A DNA stretch of 64,000 nucleotides from Chrysomallon squamiferum (GCA_012295275.1 CM022670.1:15314001-15378000); one strand, 5' to 3'; positions 42,462 to 62,411 are shown, counted from the stretch's first letter. The notes: generated by a model not told the origin, from the letters alone. Translations and numbers: made by a program.

Positions 42462-44149
42462 CACATATCTGAAGAAAAAAAAACGTATTTGGAATCATTG
42501 TTTGGTCGTCAAAGTCAAATTAAGAAATACTAATTATAATTATAAATCTCGATAGTTTTCTTAATCTTATTTGGTCTAACGAACAGAATCCATTTTGTTG
42601 TTTTGCAGTACATTTAGTATAATAGTACGTATCTTCAGAGTGCGTGCAGGGTATTTTGAAATTTAGCGATTTGACAACAGCAGTCCATAACATTATCTGC
42701 TGCATTACGAGAATCTTTTTAACGATCTATTTAACAGAAAAATTATAATAAAGAAAGAATAAAGAGGTATAATAATCAGAAAGGAACATCTACGTTTTAA
42801 CATACAAAAATATGTGAAAAAACCAAAAGCAACGGTAGTTTTTTCTTTGTTTATTCTTTTATCATCGATTTCGATGTCCATTCGTCACTTAAAACCTGTT
42901 ACATTCAAAATTAATTATGTACTAATTTCATTTTGTTTTTGTTTTTTGTACATTTTTGATTACTTTTTATTTCTTACACTGTAGACTGTTACGTTTATCA
43001 AAACACCAAAGGCAGAAAAACCCAGTAATAGTTATATTAGAATAATATTTTCAAATATGATAAAGATGAAACCACAAATAAATACATTCTCTACACAGAT
43101 TTTTCCATTCCAACAGATTGTGCAAATTTTAGTATTTAAAATATCAAACGTTAATTCAACTTCAACAGACATTTTACTGTTGTACGTTTTGAGAACAAAC
43201 TTAATGAAATAAAGATAACTCTCTGAATCTGAATGATCTCCCTGTCTTTTATACAACTTTCTCGCGACGTCAAAGATTGTGTCCATAATAGGCTGGCTTG
43301 GACATTTCTCAGATGGAAATAAGCTGTACCTTGGTAAATTAATGACCAAACCTAATGACTGAGTGACATCGTTGTCTGACTCCAGAGATCAGGCGAATGG
43401 CTGCCATCTGACATTTGTGAGGTTGTGAGTGAACCTCGTCCTCTTGAACCAGTATCTTCCCCAATACTGTCTGTGTGCAGAGTCTTAACGCATGTAGACA
43501 GCTTAAACCGACTGTACTGATCATAACTAATTTTAATATAATATATGTTTTTAAACAACTAAATTAACTATAGATGTCAAGAATTTTCGACAATGATATT
43601 AAAAGTAATGCACTTTATGGAAGAAAAATAAAAGATAAAATGAAAACTGAAAAGAGGAAAAAAACAAACAAATTAATAAACTAAAATTTGTTTTGATGAC
43701 TGCATTATTTTTGAAATAAACAAATAAAGCCCTGTTGATGTCGTATGTCAAAAGATTTTCTAAAAAGAAGTTAAATAATTACAATGTTTTTAAATAAAAT
43801 TCCCTTTTCTATTGCCGTATTAAAATAACTGTATAATGAAATAAAAATAATAAATGATAAATTATTATTATACTTCTGTTATTATACTTGCCAGACTAGT
43901 GAAAATGATTCCAAAGAAAATTAGAAAACATAATTTTCAATGGAATTATTTTTTAAAATGTAAATTACCTGGTAGTGTAAAAGTTGTCAGAGCGGGACAT
44001 ATTTTTAGAACAATTAAATAACAAAGTGAAAACGTCGTGTGATCTTGATCGTGTGTTTCGTGTCTACAAGTTTCCTTCATGAGTCATATTTAGTGTTAGA
44101 TATTTTTTTTGTAAGTAATATACTACTGGATTACAAAAATTACGAAATC

Positions 44150-44213
<64 letters not shown>

Positions 44214-44708
44214 CATCATCATCATCATCTTCTTCTTCTTATTATTATTATTATTATTATCATTATAATCATCATTATCGTTATTATCGTTACCATTATT
44301 ACTACCACCTCCTCAAATGCTTAGTTAGTTCGTCTTATCTCAGAAATATAACGACAGAACTAGCTCAAACTGCTTCATAATATAGTCCTCTTAGTCTTAC
44401 TCTGAATTATTATCCAAACACCATCCTTTTTCCTACAAAAACAAATAAAAAATAAAACTAATCCCTGAAAACAAGCGACTAAAATTACAAAGTAAGAAAA
44501 GTTTATAATTAAAAAAAAAAAAAAAGTAGAATAATAATAATAAGACAAATAGGAGGAAAGGAAACAACAAAAAAAAACAACTATTTTACTGCTTTTCTTA
44601 CGATCGCTACAAAATTTTATTATAATAAATGTGCAGTGTTTACACAGTGTTGTTGTACAAATCTAAATAACAATAAATCAACATAAAAATAAATAAATAA
44701 ATAAAAAA

Positions 44709-44755
<47 letters not shown>

Positions 44756-45123
44756 AATAAAAAAGTGCTGTGTGAAAATCCAGGACTCTATTAATTAAGA
44801 ATACAAGAATAGAAACCGGAGAGAAAAAACACTTCCTGCAAGGTGAAAAGGTTTCATAGATGTCAAAAAAATATTGTCAAATCATTTGTTATTGCTTAAA
44901 GTTAAGTTATAAAAAGCTTCTACACAGAAACATGAATATTTTTCAAATGATGTTTGTCATAAAACTGAATGTTTTACATTTTGTTCTCTTTTTACTATTG
45001 TTTACTTTTAAGGAAAATGATAAATTGTGTTAAAATAGGAATTAAACGATTATTTGAAATTAAGACGTTTCTAAATTTAAACATTTAATTTGTTTTTTAA
45101 AGTTTTGCATTGTCTGTATAAAC

Positions 45124-45191
<68 letters not shown>

Positions 45192-45707
45192 ATTAAATAA
45201 TGTAATAATTCAGTTAATTAATTATCATATCCAGTGCTTTCTGTATACTTTGAGCAAATTGTTTTTGTCCATTTCATTTCTTTCATCGTCGTATGACATG
45301 TTATAACCTTAATATATACCATTATGTTTCTTGTGCTTTCAAACAGTGAACGAGCAAACAAACAGACAAACAAAGAAACAAAGAAACGAATAAATGAAAC
45401 AAAATTTAATAATTTTTCTTAATGATTTGTTTTTCATATGAGACTTTGTACACTAATTACACATTTATTTTCAGAACTTTTCTTCAGTCAACCACTCACT
45501 CTTCATGTGCACATCATCATCTGTAACAACAACAAATATAAAATATTACATGTTTATGTCTTTTAACTAATGAATGGAAAAACAGCTCTCTATAGAAAAT
45601 ACCACTTTTGTGTTTTGTATTATATACTGAATATCAGTTCTTTATCAGTTGAATATTTGCATTTTTTATACTAATATTAATTTTTTTTTCTATTACTTTT
45701 CTCTTAC

Positions 45708-45766
<59 letters not shown>

Positions 45767-45784
45767 GTAAATACTTACATTACT

Positions 45785-45964
45785 TTAATAATATCCATAT
45801 CCGTATCCTCCCATGTTTCCATAGAGACCGAGGTTTCCGATGTAGTCCATGTTTCTGTACATACCCATGTTCATTCCCATTCCCAATGGATATCCTCCAA
45901 AGCGACCCCCGTAACGACTGCCGTAACGACTGCCAGCTGCTTGTTGGCAACAACCATTCATCAT
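45785..45964 (-). pseudogene. Family B copy B9, signal peptide deleted but frame preserved (59 aa)
   Basis: MMNGCCQQAAGSRYGSRYGGRFGGYPLG...GYGYY*. Net 42-nt loss over three deletions. Type-X promoter but type-Y 3' exon (~45520). Confidence 0.75.
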
Positions 45965-46009
45965 TTTGTTGATCTGTGAAAACGTAAGTAAAAAAACAAA
46001 AATACAGAA

Positions 46010-46082
<73 letters not shown>

Positions 46083-46435
46083 AGTGTATGCTTACCGTAG
46101 TTGTTCTTCAAGATGTGAATTAACAAAAGTTGAATGTGAATGACGCTGAAAATCTAGAAGAAACGTTATTTTATACAAAAATTGTCGGGTAAAAAGAAGG
46201 AAATGTCTGTCATTGGTAAGTTCGTAGTTTGATTTCACTACCAATGCTTCCGTGTAGATCTCAATTTGTGTTCGTAACAGACTGATACAGAGATAAAATG
46301 TGACCTGTTTTTGTCACTCAAATTACAAATGTCTTTTTATGTTGTATTTTTGGCTTCATTAAAATTAATCAACATTCATAGATGTCCTGGGCCTTAGATT
46401 TTGATGCACAAACAGGAAAGATGTACAGTTTGAAT

Positions 46436-46538
<103 letters not shown>

Positions 46539-47998
46539 ACCGAAATACGTATTAAATGGGCTATTTGGATTATATTTCACTGCATATATATATATATATA
46601 TTTCAAAATAAAATTAATTTAATAAAATGATATTTTCAAAACAAGAGGGAAGAGAAGTGTTTTTGGTTTTTTCAAACATTTCTAATATATCATTCTTTTT
46701 TTTTTAATAATAAAATCTAATATATCATTTTTTTTTTTTAATAATAAAATATAAATATGTATATATAAAATTCATAATTAAACAAATTATAAAATATTCA
46801 GTGCAGGAAAGTAAACAAGAAATTAACAAGTACATTTTTTTTCCTCCACACCTTCTTCCACTATCAGGACAGCGGTAAAGAAAGTATTACGTATATAAAC
46901 AATAAAAGTTTCCACTGAACAACTTGCAGTGTTTCTTACTGTGATTAATGTGTTGACACAAACATACAAAGACCTTGACACAGAAGGAAGTTTTATAGCG
47001 TGTGTACAACGTACTTGGCCGATAAGTATTTTTAACCAGAGTAATACTGATAACACAGTAGTTATTTGTTAAAAACAGAAGTAGTGCACTAAGTTAGGTT
47101 TATAAGTATTAGTTGTAGTAGGAACAGCAGTAATAGAAGTAGCAGTAGTTGTAACCTATATTAATTATAATAATACTGGTAAGAGTTATCTTTATTTTAG
47201 TAATAGTATTACTAGAAATGGCGTAAACCACGATATAAAGGTTATACAGATGTATAACGCTAACTACAGTAAATTGCATTTCAAGTGTGCTGAGTGTAAG
47301 ATTAATTGATACATATTTAAACTAGTCTATTGTTTTACGTATAATTTATTCTTATTAGTAAACGAAAATAGAACATCTCTTGATAAATGACGGAGTCAAA
47401 AAGTAGATCACGCTTGTTAGAAATCCGGATAATGTTTGATCAACTAATACAGACATACATTAGTATATGAAACGAGGAAATGGTACCACTAAACTAAACT
47501 AGATTAATGACAGGCAGCATCATTTCCTTTCAAAGATCTATATAAAAGTACTAGAGTCAAAATGTTAAGTATCATTCACTTACAGCCTATTTTTTTAATT
47601 TCACATCTTGTACAAGAAATCCTGTAAGTATTATAGAAGTATTTCAAGTTTAAATAGAAAAAAAAATAGCAAAGTTTTTATATTATGATCAACTATACAT
47701 TGTTCTGTGATAGACATTGTTCTGTGATAGACAGGAATATTTAGCTATTTTACAAGTCTGCTTATTCCTTGTCTAACTGTTTAAAATATTCTCCTTCTGC
47801 TGTTTCTACCTTTATTATAGCGAAATGATGACATGATGAAGACCAGTTGATAAAGAAACGTTTAATTTTTGTTTAATATTACTGAATCTTTAAATGGCAT
47901 GGCTTTATAAATTTTAGAACTGTTGATATATCATAGACATCTGTGTAATATTTAACTCTTTTTTTTTTTTTCAATTACGTTTTCACAGTCACAACAAA

Positions 47999-48217
47999 AT
48001 GATGAAGCTCCTGGTTGTCGTTTTTTGGTCTGTATGGTTGTTGCCACAGTTTCAAGCAGCTACACCTACGGCAGTCGTTACGGCAGTCGTTACGGGGTCG
48101 CTTGGAGGATATCCATTGGGAATGGGAATGAACATGGGTATGTACAGAAACATGGACTACATCGGAAACCTCGGTCTCTATGGAAACATGGGAGGATACG
48201 GATATGGATATTATTAA
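47999..48217 (+). pseudogene. Family B copy B10, three single-base deletions (net frame restored, 72 aa)
   Basis: Losses in T, G and T runs scramble residues ~10-35 (…VFWSVWLLPQFQAATPTAVVTAVVTGSL…) before the normal frame resumes. Type-Y promoter and 3' exon (~48538). Confidence 0.7.
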
Positions 48218-49681
48218 AGTAATGTAAGTATTTGTTTTGGTTGTTGTTATTATTATTGTTGTTGTTGTAGCCATCTTGCCATTGTTCTTAATTATTGGGA
48301 TTATCTATGCAAAACAGAATAATAACAGATAACAAATTAATATTAATACTGAAAACTAAAATATTTTTAAAACAATTTATATTCAGTTAATAGTTCGCTT
48401 TTACAAAAAATTTCTAAACGTTATGTGTAATGCAAAACACATAAATGGCATTTTTAATGCAGCATTTAAAAGTATATTAAAATGTAAGTTTGTTAAAGTT
48501 TATATTTGTGAAAGTTTATATTTGTTGTTGTTACAGATGATGATGAGTACGTGAAGAGAGCGACGTGGTTGACTGAAGAAAAGTTTTGAAAATAAATTTG
48601 TAATTAGTGTACAGTCTCATATGAAAATAAAATTCATCAGAAAAATTATAATTTGTTTTTTGTTTAGTTTTCTGTAAGGTGTTTTGTCCAAGACTTATGT
48701 GTGTACATTATCAACAGAAAAAATAACAATAGCAGTAGTAGTGATATTAGTATTAGTAGTAGTGGCAGTACTAGTAGTAGTAGTAGTAGTAACAGTAGTA
48801 GTAGTAGTAATAGTAGTAGTAGTAGTAATAGTAGTAATAATAACAATAGCAATAACAATAACAAAAACAAGGATAACAACAACAACAATAATAATAATAA
48901 TAACAACAACAACAATAATATATTTTTAGTAATCATTTATGCTTGTAATTTAGGCAGGAAAACAGAAACAGCTTTATTTGACGAGTTTGTGATTTGTAAT
49001 CAAGTGGTGTATCTATCGCTAAGAAAGGAAAGAAAATATCTCACACTGAATATCACACATGAAGGAAACCTGTGGACACGAAACCCGCGATCAAAATCAC
49101 ACGACACTTTCAGTTTGTTATTTACTCGTTCAAATTATGTGACCCGCACTGACGACTTTTATACAGGCAGCCAGTATATGTTTAAAAAATGAATTCACTG
49201 AAAACATGCGTTCTTATTTTCTGTGGAATTACTGGCCCTAGTCTGGCAAAAGGTAAAAGAATCATAATTGTCGTTTAGTATTTAGTATTTTTATTTGATG
49301 TTTCACTTGTTTAAAAAAACGGCAGCAGAAATGGAATTTTGTTTAAAAACGTGTTAATTATTTAACTTCGTTTTGAAACATTTATGATATCATTTGTTTA
49401 TTTTTAATACTAAAGTTTGTTAAGATCAATACAGTCGATTTGAGCAGTGATCATAATTATCTCCTTCATTATTATTATATCATCATTATTACTATATTCA
49501 TATCCTTATGTTATTAGTATTTTATTATTATTATTGGTGGTGGTGTTGTTCTATTTCTTCTTTGCTTTCTTATCATCATCACGGTCATCTTTATTACTGT
49601 TATCGTTTTTTATAATAATAATAACTTTTCTCATTATTATAATATTGTTGTTGTTGTTTTTCTATTTCGTCTTCGCCTTTA

Positions 49682-49729
<48 letters not shown>

Positions 49730-49823
49730 TATTATTATTATTATCGTTTTCATTATTTTACTACTCCTACTACTACTACTACTACTACTACAACTACTAC
49801 TACTACTGTTGTTGTTGTTGTTA

Positions 49824-49863
<40 letters not shown>

Positions 49864-49888
49864 CGTTTTCATTATTTTACTATTCCTT

Positions 49889-49940
<52 letters not shown>

Positions 49941-49963
49941 AACTACTACTACTGTTGTTGTTG

Positions 49964-50019
<56 letters not shown>

Positions 50020-50038
50020 GCTGGAACGACAAACACAG

Positions 50039-54457
<4,419 letters not shown>

Positions 54458-55310
54458 CGACTGTAGAAACCAAAACATAATAATGAGTGCAAGCTGACAA
54501 ATATGCAAACAGTTTTGTACAAGTTTTATTAACAGTCTTGATGTATGCGTAATAACACATGTAAATTATAATACACTCTACGAGGCTGAAACCGGCGTCT
54601 TGATGTAATTATAGTCATAATTATATGTAAATTATGCCCTAAAATACCATAACACTTCTTTCTCTATTTAAACTAATATATATATATTTTTTTTCTTTAG
54701 ATTTTATACTGGAAAATGTATGGAATGTTGTGTAATTTCAGTGTGAGAAAAGTCTATAAAGTTATTAATAGATAACGGCATAATTTTATTTAATTAAAAG
54801 AAGAAGAAAAAAAGAGAGATAGAGAGAGAGAGAAGAAGAGGTGGACAGTAAGAAATGTTTCAAGCTTCTTTGAAGATAAAGCCTCTCGTCATATTGAAAG
54901 TGAATAATGTACAAATGCAAATCATCATTGTCCAGAGAATGTAATGAGTTGTCCCAGATAAACTGGATTTTTCAGAATAGAACAGCAACATTCAACCAAA
55001 GTTTCTAAACTATTACTGCATTAAATTACAAAATTATACAAAACAAAATCGAGTTTGAAGAAATATATGAGAAATATTGCTATTTTGTACATCCGGTTCT
55101 GAATACTTATACTGAATATATTTCTATTATTTTTCTCAATAATTAGTCAGATTTTGCACCATCATCATTAATATTTTGTTATAATAATCATCATAAATTA
55201 CTGTTGTTGTTGTTGCTGTTGTTGTTGTTGTTATCATAACCAACATATATTCTTATTACTGTTATTGTTGTTATTATTATTACCATTATTTATATTATGA
55301 TTATTATTAC

Positions 55311-55344
<34 letters not shown>

Positions 55345-55813
55345 TATTATTATTATTATTATTATTATTTCCATTAAATCAGTGAAGACAGAGATATTAC
55401 AAATGGATATTAATACGTCGTAGTTTTTTGTTTCTTCTAAACATTAATGTTCAAGATTTCTTCTTGTTTACTCATTGTTTACTTTAAAACAGACAATCAA
55501 CAGGTAAACATTCCGCCGCCATCTTGGTTTACATTACGTGACATGCTTTATTTATTTTTACAGAACCTTCTCATCATCTTAGGCAAACGTAAAGTAATTA
55601 ATTGTTTTATTTATTTTTTATTATTACCTTTCATGGCTATAACAGATTTGAATGATTCAGTATTTGCATTATTACCTATTAAATTTTTGCATGTGTGGTG
55701 TTAAGTTTTGAAAATGTTTATATCGTCATCATCATTATCATCATTATAATCATTATTATTAGTAGTAGTAGTATTACTATTATTATTTTTATTATTATTA
55801 CTGCTACTACAAA

Positions 55814-55849
<36 letters not shown>

Positions 55850-56437
55850 AAATACTACTACTACTACTGCTACTACTACTACTACTGTTGTTGCTGTTAT
55901 TATTGTTGTTATTATTATTTTACGTAATAATGTAATTAAAGAGGAAACATGCGGCTACAATTTTTTTTTTCTTTTTTTTCTTCTTCTTATTATTATTAGC
56001 AGACGTCTATATATTCTTTCTTTCTCACAGACTGGAAATATATGTATCATGGTTTTTGATAAATAAATCTTCGCAAACTAGTTGGAACGGTATATAGCCG
56101 CCAAAGCTGTACGAGAAATCTACCCAGTGAGATATAATAGCCCTGTTAGAAAAATCATCAAAACAAACAAATGTTATTTTACTCAACTACAAAGACAAGC
56201 CATTGGGTGTCGTGTGATTCGCATTTGCCTAAGATCTCTATCTTCATTTTAATCTTCCGAAAATCAAAGCACATGTCTCTCCTTAGATACCAAACGAAGC
56301 CGAAACGGGATCAAGGAGAACCACGACACAGATTCTGAAACTTGATTTGGCCTCGTTGTTTGCACGCAGGGGTATTGAGAGCTAAGGCAGATTTGCATTG
56401 ATGTTAATCTTGTTCGTTTGACTGGTACTAAGAGAAC

Positions 56438-56651
56438 ATGATTCCTCTCAGGTTTGTTGTGTTCGTTATCATCTACAAAATCTACCTCTTCTCAGCATTT
56501 CACACAGGTAAGACCACTTGATAATCAGTAAACATTTTCAATCAAACATATTCATTTTTATATATTAGGGATTCTTTTACTTTTTGTTTTTATTTAATTT
56601 TATTTTATTTTATTTTATTTTTTTTATTTTATTTTTTTTTTTTATTTTTTA

Positions 56652-56696
<45 letters not shown>

Positions 56697-56758
56697 AATT
56701 AAAATAATTTAATTTAAAATTTAAAATGAAAATAAGAATATAAAAGTTATTTAAACAC

Positions 56759-56800
<42 letters not shown>

Positions 56801-57182
56801 GGTGTCCGTAAATTTGCTACACAATTCAGCTGAAAACAATTCTTTTAAATTGGTACATTCGTTCCAAACTGTAGTAAATAAAACTGATTGCTTATATTGT
56901 TACAATATTTTCTGATGCAATACAGTTATTTTCAGAAAATGTTTTTAAAATTGTTTTCAGAAAATAAATATTGCTCCGGCAGCATTACACAGCAGTAACT
57001 GTTACTGTTTATTATTCGTACCTCGTACTACTAGTACCTCCACGACTACTACTATTACGTTTTCTTCAACTACGATTATTACTTCAACTACTACCACTAC
57101 TACTATTATTTCTACTTCTTCCACCACTGCTACTACTACTAGTAGTACTAAATATTATTACTTACTGCTGCTACAATGCTAT

Positions 57183-57216
<34 letters not shown>

Positions 57217-57298
57217 GAAGATTCCAGTGAAACCTCTTGGCCATGGAGTTATGAAGAACCATCTGAACTACCTAAAGGTAAAGTATGAATTTTGAGAG

Positions 57299-57380
<82 letters not shown>

Positions 57381-57808
57381 GGCTTAACTGTGGTATTGTA
57401 TGTATGGTTTGATAAATGTAGGTATGTGTGCGTGTTTGTGTTTGCATGCGAAGGTATGTATTATGTGCATCTGCGGCTGATTATGTATTTATGTAGAAGG
57501 GTTTTGCACAGAATACATTTCGTCTTTTCTGAAAAATTGTAAATGTTACTAAAGAATAATAAGATAAAATAAAAACACAACGAACTCCAAACAAACACTT
57601 TTATTTTGCAGACCCGTGTATCTCAAGCTGCGAAGGCCTGGAAAGCGGAGACTACCAGTCGTGTCTGGGTTGTGACGTATTTGCCACGTGTGTACATGGG
57701 CTTCTTTATGACAACAGGTCATGTCAGGAGACACCGTGGGGCCTTCTTTGGGATGACAACACTAAACGCTGTCAAAACTACAGTGATACGTGCCCCTTTA
57801 TACAGTAG
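56438..57808 (+). CDS. Small secreted protein with a chitin-binding type-2 (CBM14/peritrophin-A-like) domain, 107 aa
   Basis: Three phase-1 exons 56438-56507, 57221-57277 and 57612-57808 give MIPLRFVVFVIIYKIYLFSAFHTDSSETSWPWSYEEPSELPKDPCISSCEGLESGDYQSCLGCDVFATCVHGLLYDNRSCQETPWGLLWDDNTKRCQNYSDTCPFIQ*. The C..G.Y...C..F..C..G......C....GL.WD.....C......C pattern fits the domain. The Cys-rich frame is not in the ORF track. Confidence 0.78.
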
Positions 57809-58190
57809 TGTTAGAGAAATTCTGTGTTATGTTTCACACGACTTATAAATAAGTGGTTTTTTTTTTTTTTCAAGGTTTGGTTTATTTTGTCATAATCTGA
57901 GTTTGGCTTGTGTATATTTTAATCTTCATGTTCATGTAAGAAATGACAGAAGAAATAAATGATTTAAAGGTTTTGGTTAGATTGTGCGAAATATTTTAAT
58001 TTAAAAAATCCAGAATTTAAGACCGTTATTATGCTATATCTGAATATTTATTCGAAATACATAAGTTTTATTCGAAATACATTTCTTTTCTTATAGTAAA
58101 TTCCTTAGGATCATTTATGGTTATACAACAAAAAACAAACAAAAGAATAATAATTATAATAATAATATTATTTAATTAAAAGTAGTAGTA

Positions 58191-58249
<59 letters not shown>

Positions 58250-59559
58250 AATAAATAAATAAATAAAAATAACTAAATAAATCCGGATTTGCGTGTAACG
58301 CGCTGTCTAGGGCTACACGAATTCTCTCCCTTTAGCTGTTAAAATCTGCATGTATAAAAACATGCAGATTTGTTTGTGTTACCTGTTTGTGCAGCCAGCT
58401 TTTCATGCCCTTATGATGTGCATAGAGAAGGACCTTGTTGTTAACTGCTCTGAAACTTTATGTTAATTGCTAGAAAATCATGTGAGAATACCCCAATATT
58501 CGTTATGTTAAAGTAACGATATAATTTGTAAAATCTTGACCAGAAATAATCATTTAATAATAACACTGTGGAAACTAATTCATTAATATTTATCTATTTT
58601 ATATTTCATGTACTTGTAAGTAATGAAACTATTTCATGTTACGTTTGAAAGTAATGAAAATATGTCATACATTGTAAGTTACGAGTAGATTTTTAATTTT
58701 AGTGTTCTTTTAATTTTCTCACTTATTTACTATTACTCAAATTTGTTTAAATATTTTTTTTTTTTTTTTTTTTTTTTTTCTCGCAGTGTCTTGACAGTTA
58801 TTTTTTATTTATTTTTCATTTTTGAAATTTTTTTTTTTTTTTTTTTTTTTAGAATTATTATTTATTTATATTTTCATTTATTTCCACATGGAAAAAAAAA
58901 AAAAACAGCCCTAATTTATCATTTATCGTAAGGTTTGATAACTTCGTTATTCCCGAAGGGTGAGTTAGTTAACGTGGACAGACCTGTAAGTGGTCGCCCT
59001 GTGTCCTGTCTCTGGGTTTCAATCTGCAAACTCAATTTCCTCGCCTGTGCTGTTGGCTGACCAGACGAGCGCGTTGAAGAACTCAGCCGTTTATTTTTAT
59101 TTTATATTTAATCAAACAGTTTGTCTCATTTCAAATATTAGCTCTTCGATATAATCTGGTTTCATTTCGTCTCCTTTCTAGCACGGGACACTCGGCCCCG
59201 CGATTCCAGATGACCCTGCAGAGCGCAGGAAAGAACTGCCAGATATTTCAGTACGCTGGAATAACCAAATATTTACTGTGATGATTTTGTCGTTAAGAAA
59301 AAAATATTAAGAAATCAGATATTCTGTTCGACCCCACAATTTCTGCTTAACAACTTCTCTTTTATCATTTGGTGTCATTGTTTTCTCCCTCATGTTCTTT
59401 TAATTGACTTTCCAGATTTACAAAACGACTCGTCAGACTAATCTTTTTTTTAATTTTAATTTGTTTTGTTTTTTTTTTTTTTTTTTTTTTAAATATCCAA
59501 ACCATTGATGTGGCTCCATTCTGAACTGAGATACAATCTATAAAGTTTGTTTAGATTGT

Positions 59560-59621
<62 letters not shown>

Positions 59622-60153
59622 TTTTGTACATCGTGTCAAATTAACGTGAATGTCAAGCAACTTGAAATAAAATTCATCGCGCACGCGCTGTTTCACATCC
59701 AAACACGTTGCACAAAATGACTGCATTAAATATCTTTTACATTTTTGATGTGCGCCATCATCTCTCTATCAAAAAATAATCCGCTGATCCTCGTAATATT
59801 AAATTTAAAACATGGCGTTAAAAGTACGTTTTTCGAATCACCGGAACACATTTAGCAATCGATAGCCGTTTTTCACAGAACTAACGCTCATTAGGAAGTT
59901 TTTGCCTGTAGCTGCGTACTCAATAAGCTTCAAAGTAGAAGAATAGATGTTGTCATGTTAAAGATTCGTCTAGGTTCATCGTTACCAGCGTTACGAAGAA
60001 AAGCGTTGCTGTTTACGTTACCTTATCTGTACATCTCCAGTTGTATTCAGTGTTTTAACAAACAGTTTTCAGTAATGAATAATAAAAATATCTTTTATAA
60101 TAATAATAATAATAATAACAATTATTATTATTATTATTATTAACAACAAAAAA

Positions 60154-60213
<60 letters not shown>

Positions 60214-60649
60214 GTTTGTCGTTGTTAGTCTTGTCATCATAATGATCATCATATTTAGTAGGAGTCGTAGCACTAATAATAGTAGTAGTAATAGAAGTAG
60301 CAGTAGTAATACGATCATTGTTATGATGAACATCATCAGTGATTAGGTGTGAAGAAAACGCCTGTTATTTTCATCATGAAAAGTAGAGTATATGAGTTTG
60401 AGTCTGTGTACGACTGAGGTAATAATACATCTAACACACAACCTGCTGTCCACCATTTCCAGACAGACTCAGAATTAACCGAAGTCGTCAGCTAGCTCTG
60501 TAATTAAATATACACATGACAATAAACAGATGTGAATTCATTTTAAATTCCATCGACGCGAAAATTCGAAGACTTGAGTTTACTACACATATTATGTTAT
60601 TGTCTGTTCTCTATTTTCGGAAATGTTAAAAGAACAAATGTGGTGACAT

Positions 60650-60693
<44 letters not shown>

Positions 60694-61255
60694 TAATATG
60701 TTGCAGTACACAGTCCTTAAAGAGCAGCATCCTTGCTTTAATAGCAAGTTTATATTTTAATTTTATAATAACAAAAAAAAAAATACGTCAGTATAAAATG
60801 CTTACGCTAATGATAATGAAAATCGTGATTCTATATATAAAATACAATTTATCTTGTTATGTTTTTATAAGTAAATCCTTTCATACCATAAAGAATAAAG
60901 AAATGAAATTAGGTGTGAAAAGTAATTATCCGCGCAGACAGAAACTTCGACACATTATTTTGAAAATAACAAGAACCATTTTACGAATGACAGGCCTCGA
61001 AGCTTTAAGTGCGTTTGCCGGTCGGCATTCATTTATTAGCATTGATGCACAACGTTATGGATGTCCGCGGGGTTCGACAACAAATAGAATTATTCAGAAC
61101 ATTCAGACCAGCCCGAGGAAGTAGCGCATATTCACAGAAAAGTCGAAAATGACTAATTTAAAATATTTATTATTTATAATTACTTCTAGAAACAATAGAC
61201 AAAAATCATAATTTTAGTTGCAATAAAAATGTAATTATTTATTCATTATGCAGTA

Positions 61256-61294
<39 letters not shown>

Positions 61295-61531
61295 CATTTT
61301 TTTTTTTTTTTTTTTTTAAGACTTCGACCATAATAAAAGAGAAGAAACCATTAGAGTGGTAATTAAAACGAAGCAAATAAAATGAATTTTTAAATGAATC
61401 TTAAACTTAATTCTTTCTTTTTTAGCCACTTATCGTATTTTTGAAATCAGAAAATCTTCGCAAAGACCTTTAGACGATTTTCTCCGACAATTATTTCCAG
61501 AAAACCCCAGCTATGATGTCTAGATCCTTTT

Positions 61532-62411
61532 TTATTTATGTCCTACTTCACTGCCAGGCCGCTGTCCCATTTTCCAGACAGCAGCTTTGATCTGAGCTAG
61601 TTTGTTAGCAAACGTCTTTGTCACATAGATCCACCAGTTTTCATTTTCATCAGTTTCACTGATCATTTCACTCATCGTGTCTTCTGCTTTGTCAAGCACT
61701 TTCTGTATGTTGGTCACAGTGATTTCAGCATCGCGTCTCAGTTTCATCAATAACTTTCTGAGATTTTCTCTTCCGTCTCGAACTTTTTGTCTCAGCTTTT
61801 CTGGAGCTGGTGAAATTGATGCAGCTGATAAACAAATAATGTTATAGGGTAAATTTAAAATTTGATTGTGCTTTTCGTAATTGTTTGAACATTTACTCTT
61901 TCCGTTTCGTAAAGACAAGAATTACTTGAACGCATAACAAATAAATATATATGCCTGTATGTGAAAGTGTATGTTTGTGTGCATAGTTCGTTTGAATGTG
62001 TGTACTTGTATATTTATCAGTAAATTATCTTAATTTAAGATCATTTTAGTTATTAATGAATATAAGATAAAAACAAAATCCTCTTTCCTTACTATTTGGT
62101 TCTGCAGTCAATGCTTCTTCGCTTACATCATCGACAGGACGTTCCCAGGTAGAGTTTTCTGATGTTGGATCAGACATTTCTGATGTCGGAGATGAAGTTT
62201 CCTCTGTTAACACGACGTCTGTATTTAAGGACTGGAAAGGAGAATTGTCGGTGTCTGCATTGACTATACTACCATCTTTTTTCTTCTGAAGCGCCTCTAG
62301 TTCCTTTGCCAAATTCAGTGCAAATCGTAGTTCTTTTTCATCAATCTTCATCTTGTTTGGTGTTCCAGAGGCAAGTGCAAGAAAGAAGAACAGAGAGAAA
62401 CACAGCTTCAT
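61532..62411 (-). CDS. Two-exon secreted protein of unknown family (~203 aa)
   Basis: Exon 62411-62093 has signal peptide MKLCFSLFFFLALASG and ends A|gtaagg. Exon 61824-61532 starts after tttatcag in phase 1. TATATTAA ~62464 and an initiator-like TCATTC ~62438 lie upstream. Acidic S/T/E linker and helical-looking C-terminal half. Confidence 0.8.

Noticed and set aside
49447-50020. 273-aa ORF with an apparently multi-TM N-terminus
   Set aside because: The poly-L/Y/T/I stretches come from trinucleotide microsatellites; only the part after ~50021 is domain-like.
56754-56960. TA-CAGGGTGTCC resembling a Tc1/mariner terminus
   Set aside because: No matching second TIR or transposase sequence was found.
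58342-58371. 12-bp-stem palindrome AAATCTGCATGT...ACATGCAGATTT
   Set aside because: Short and isolated, with no supporting context.
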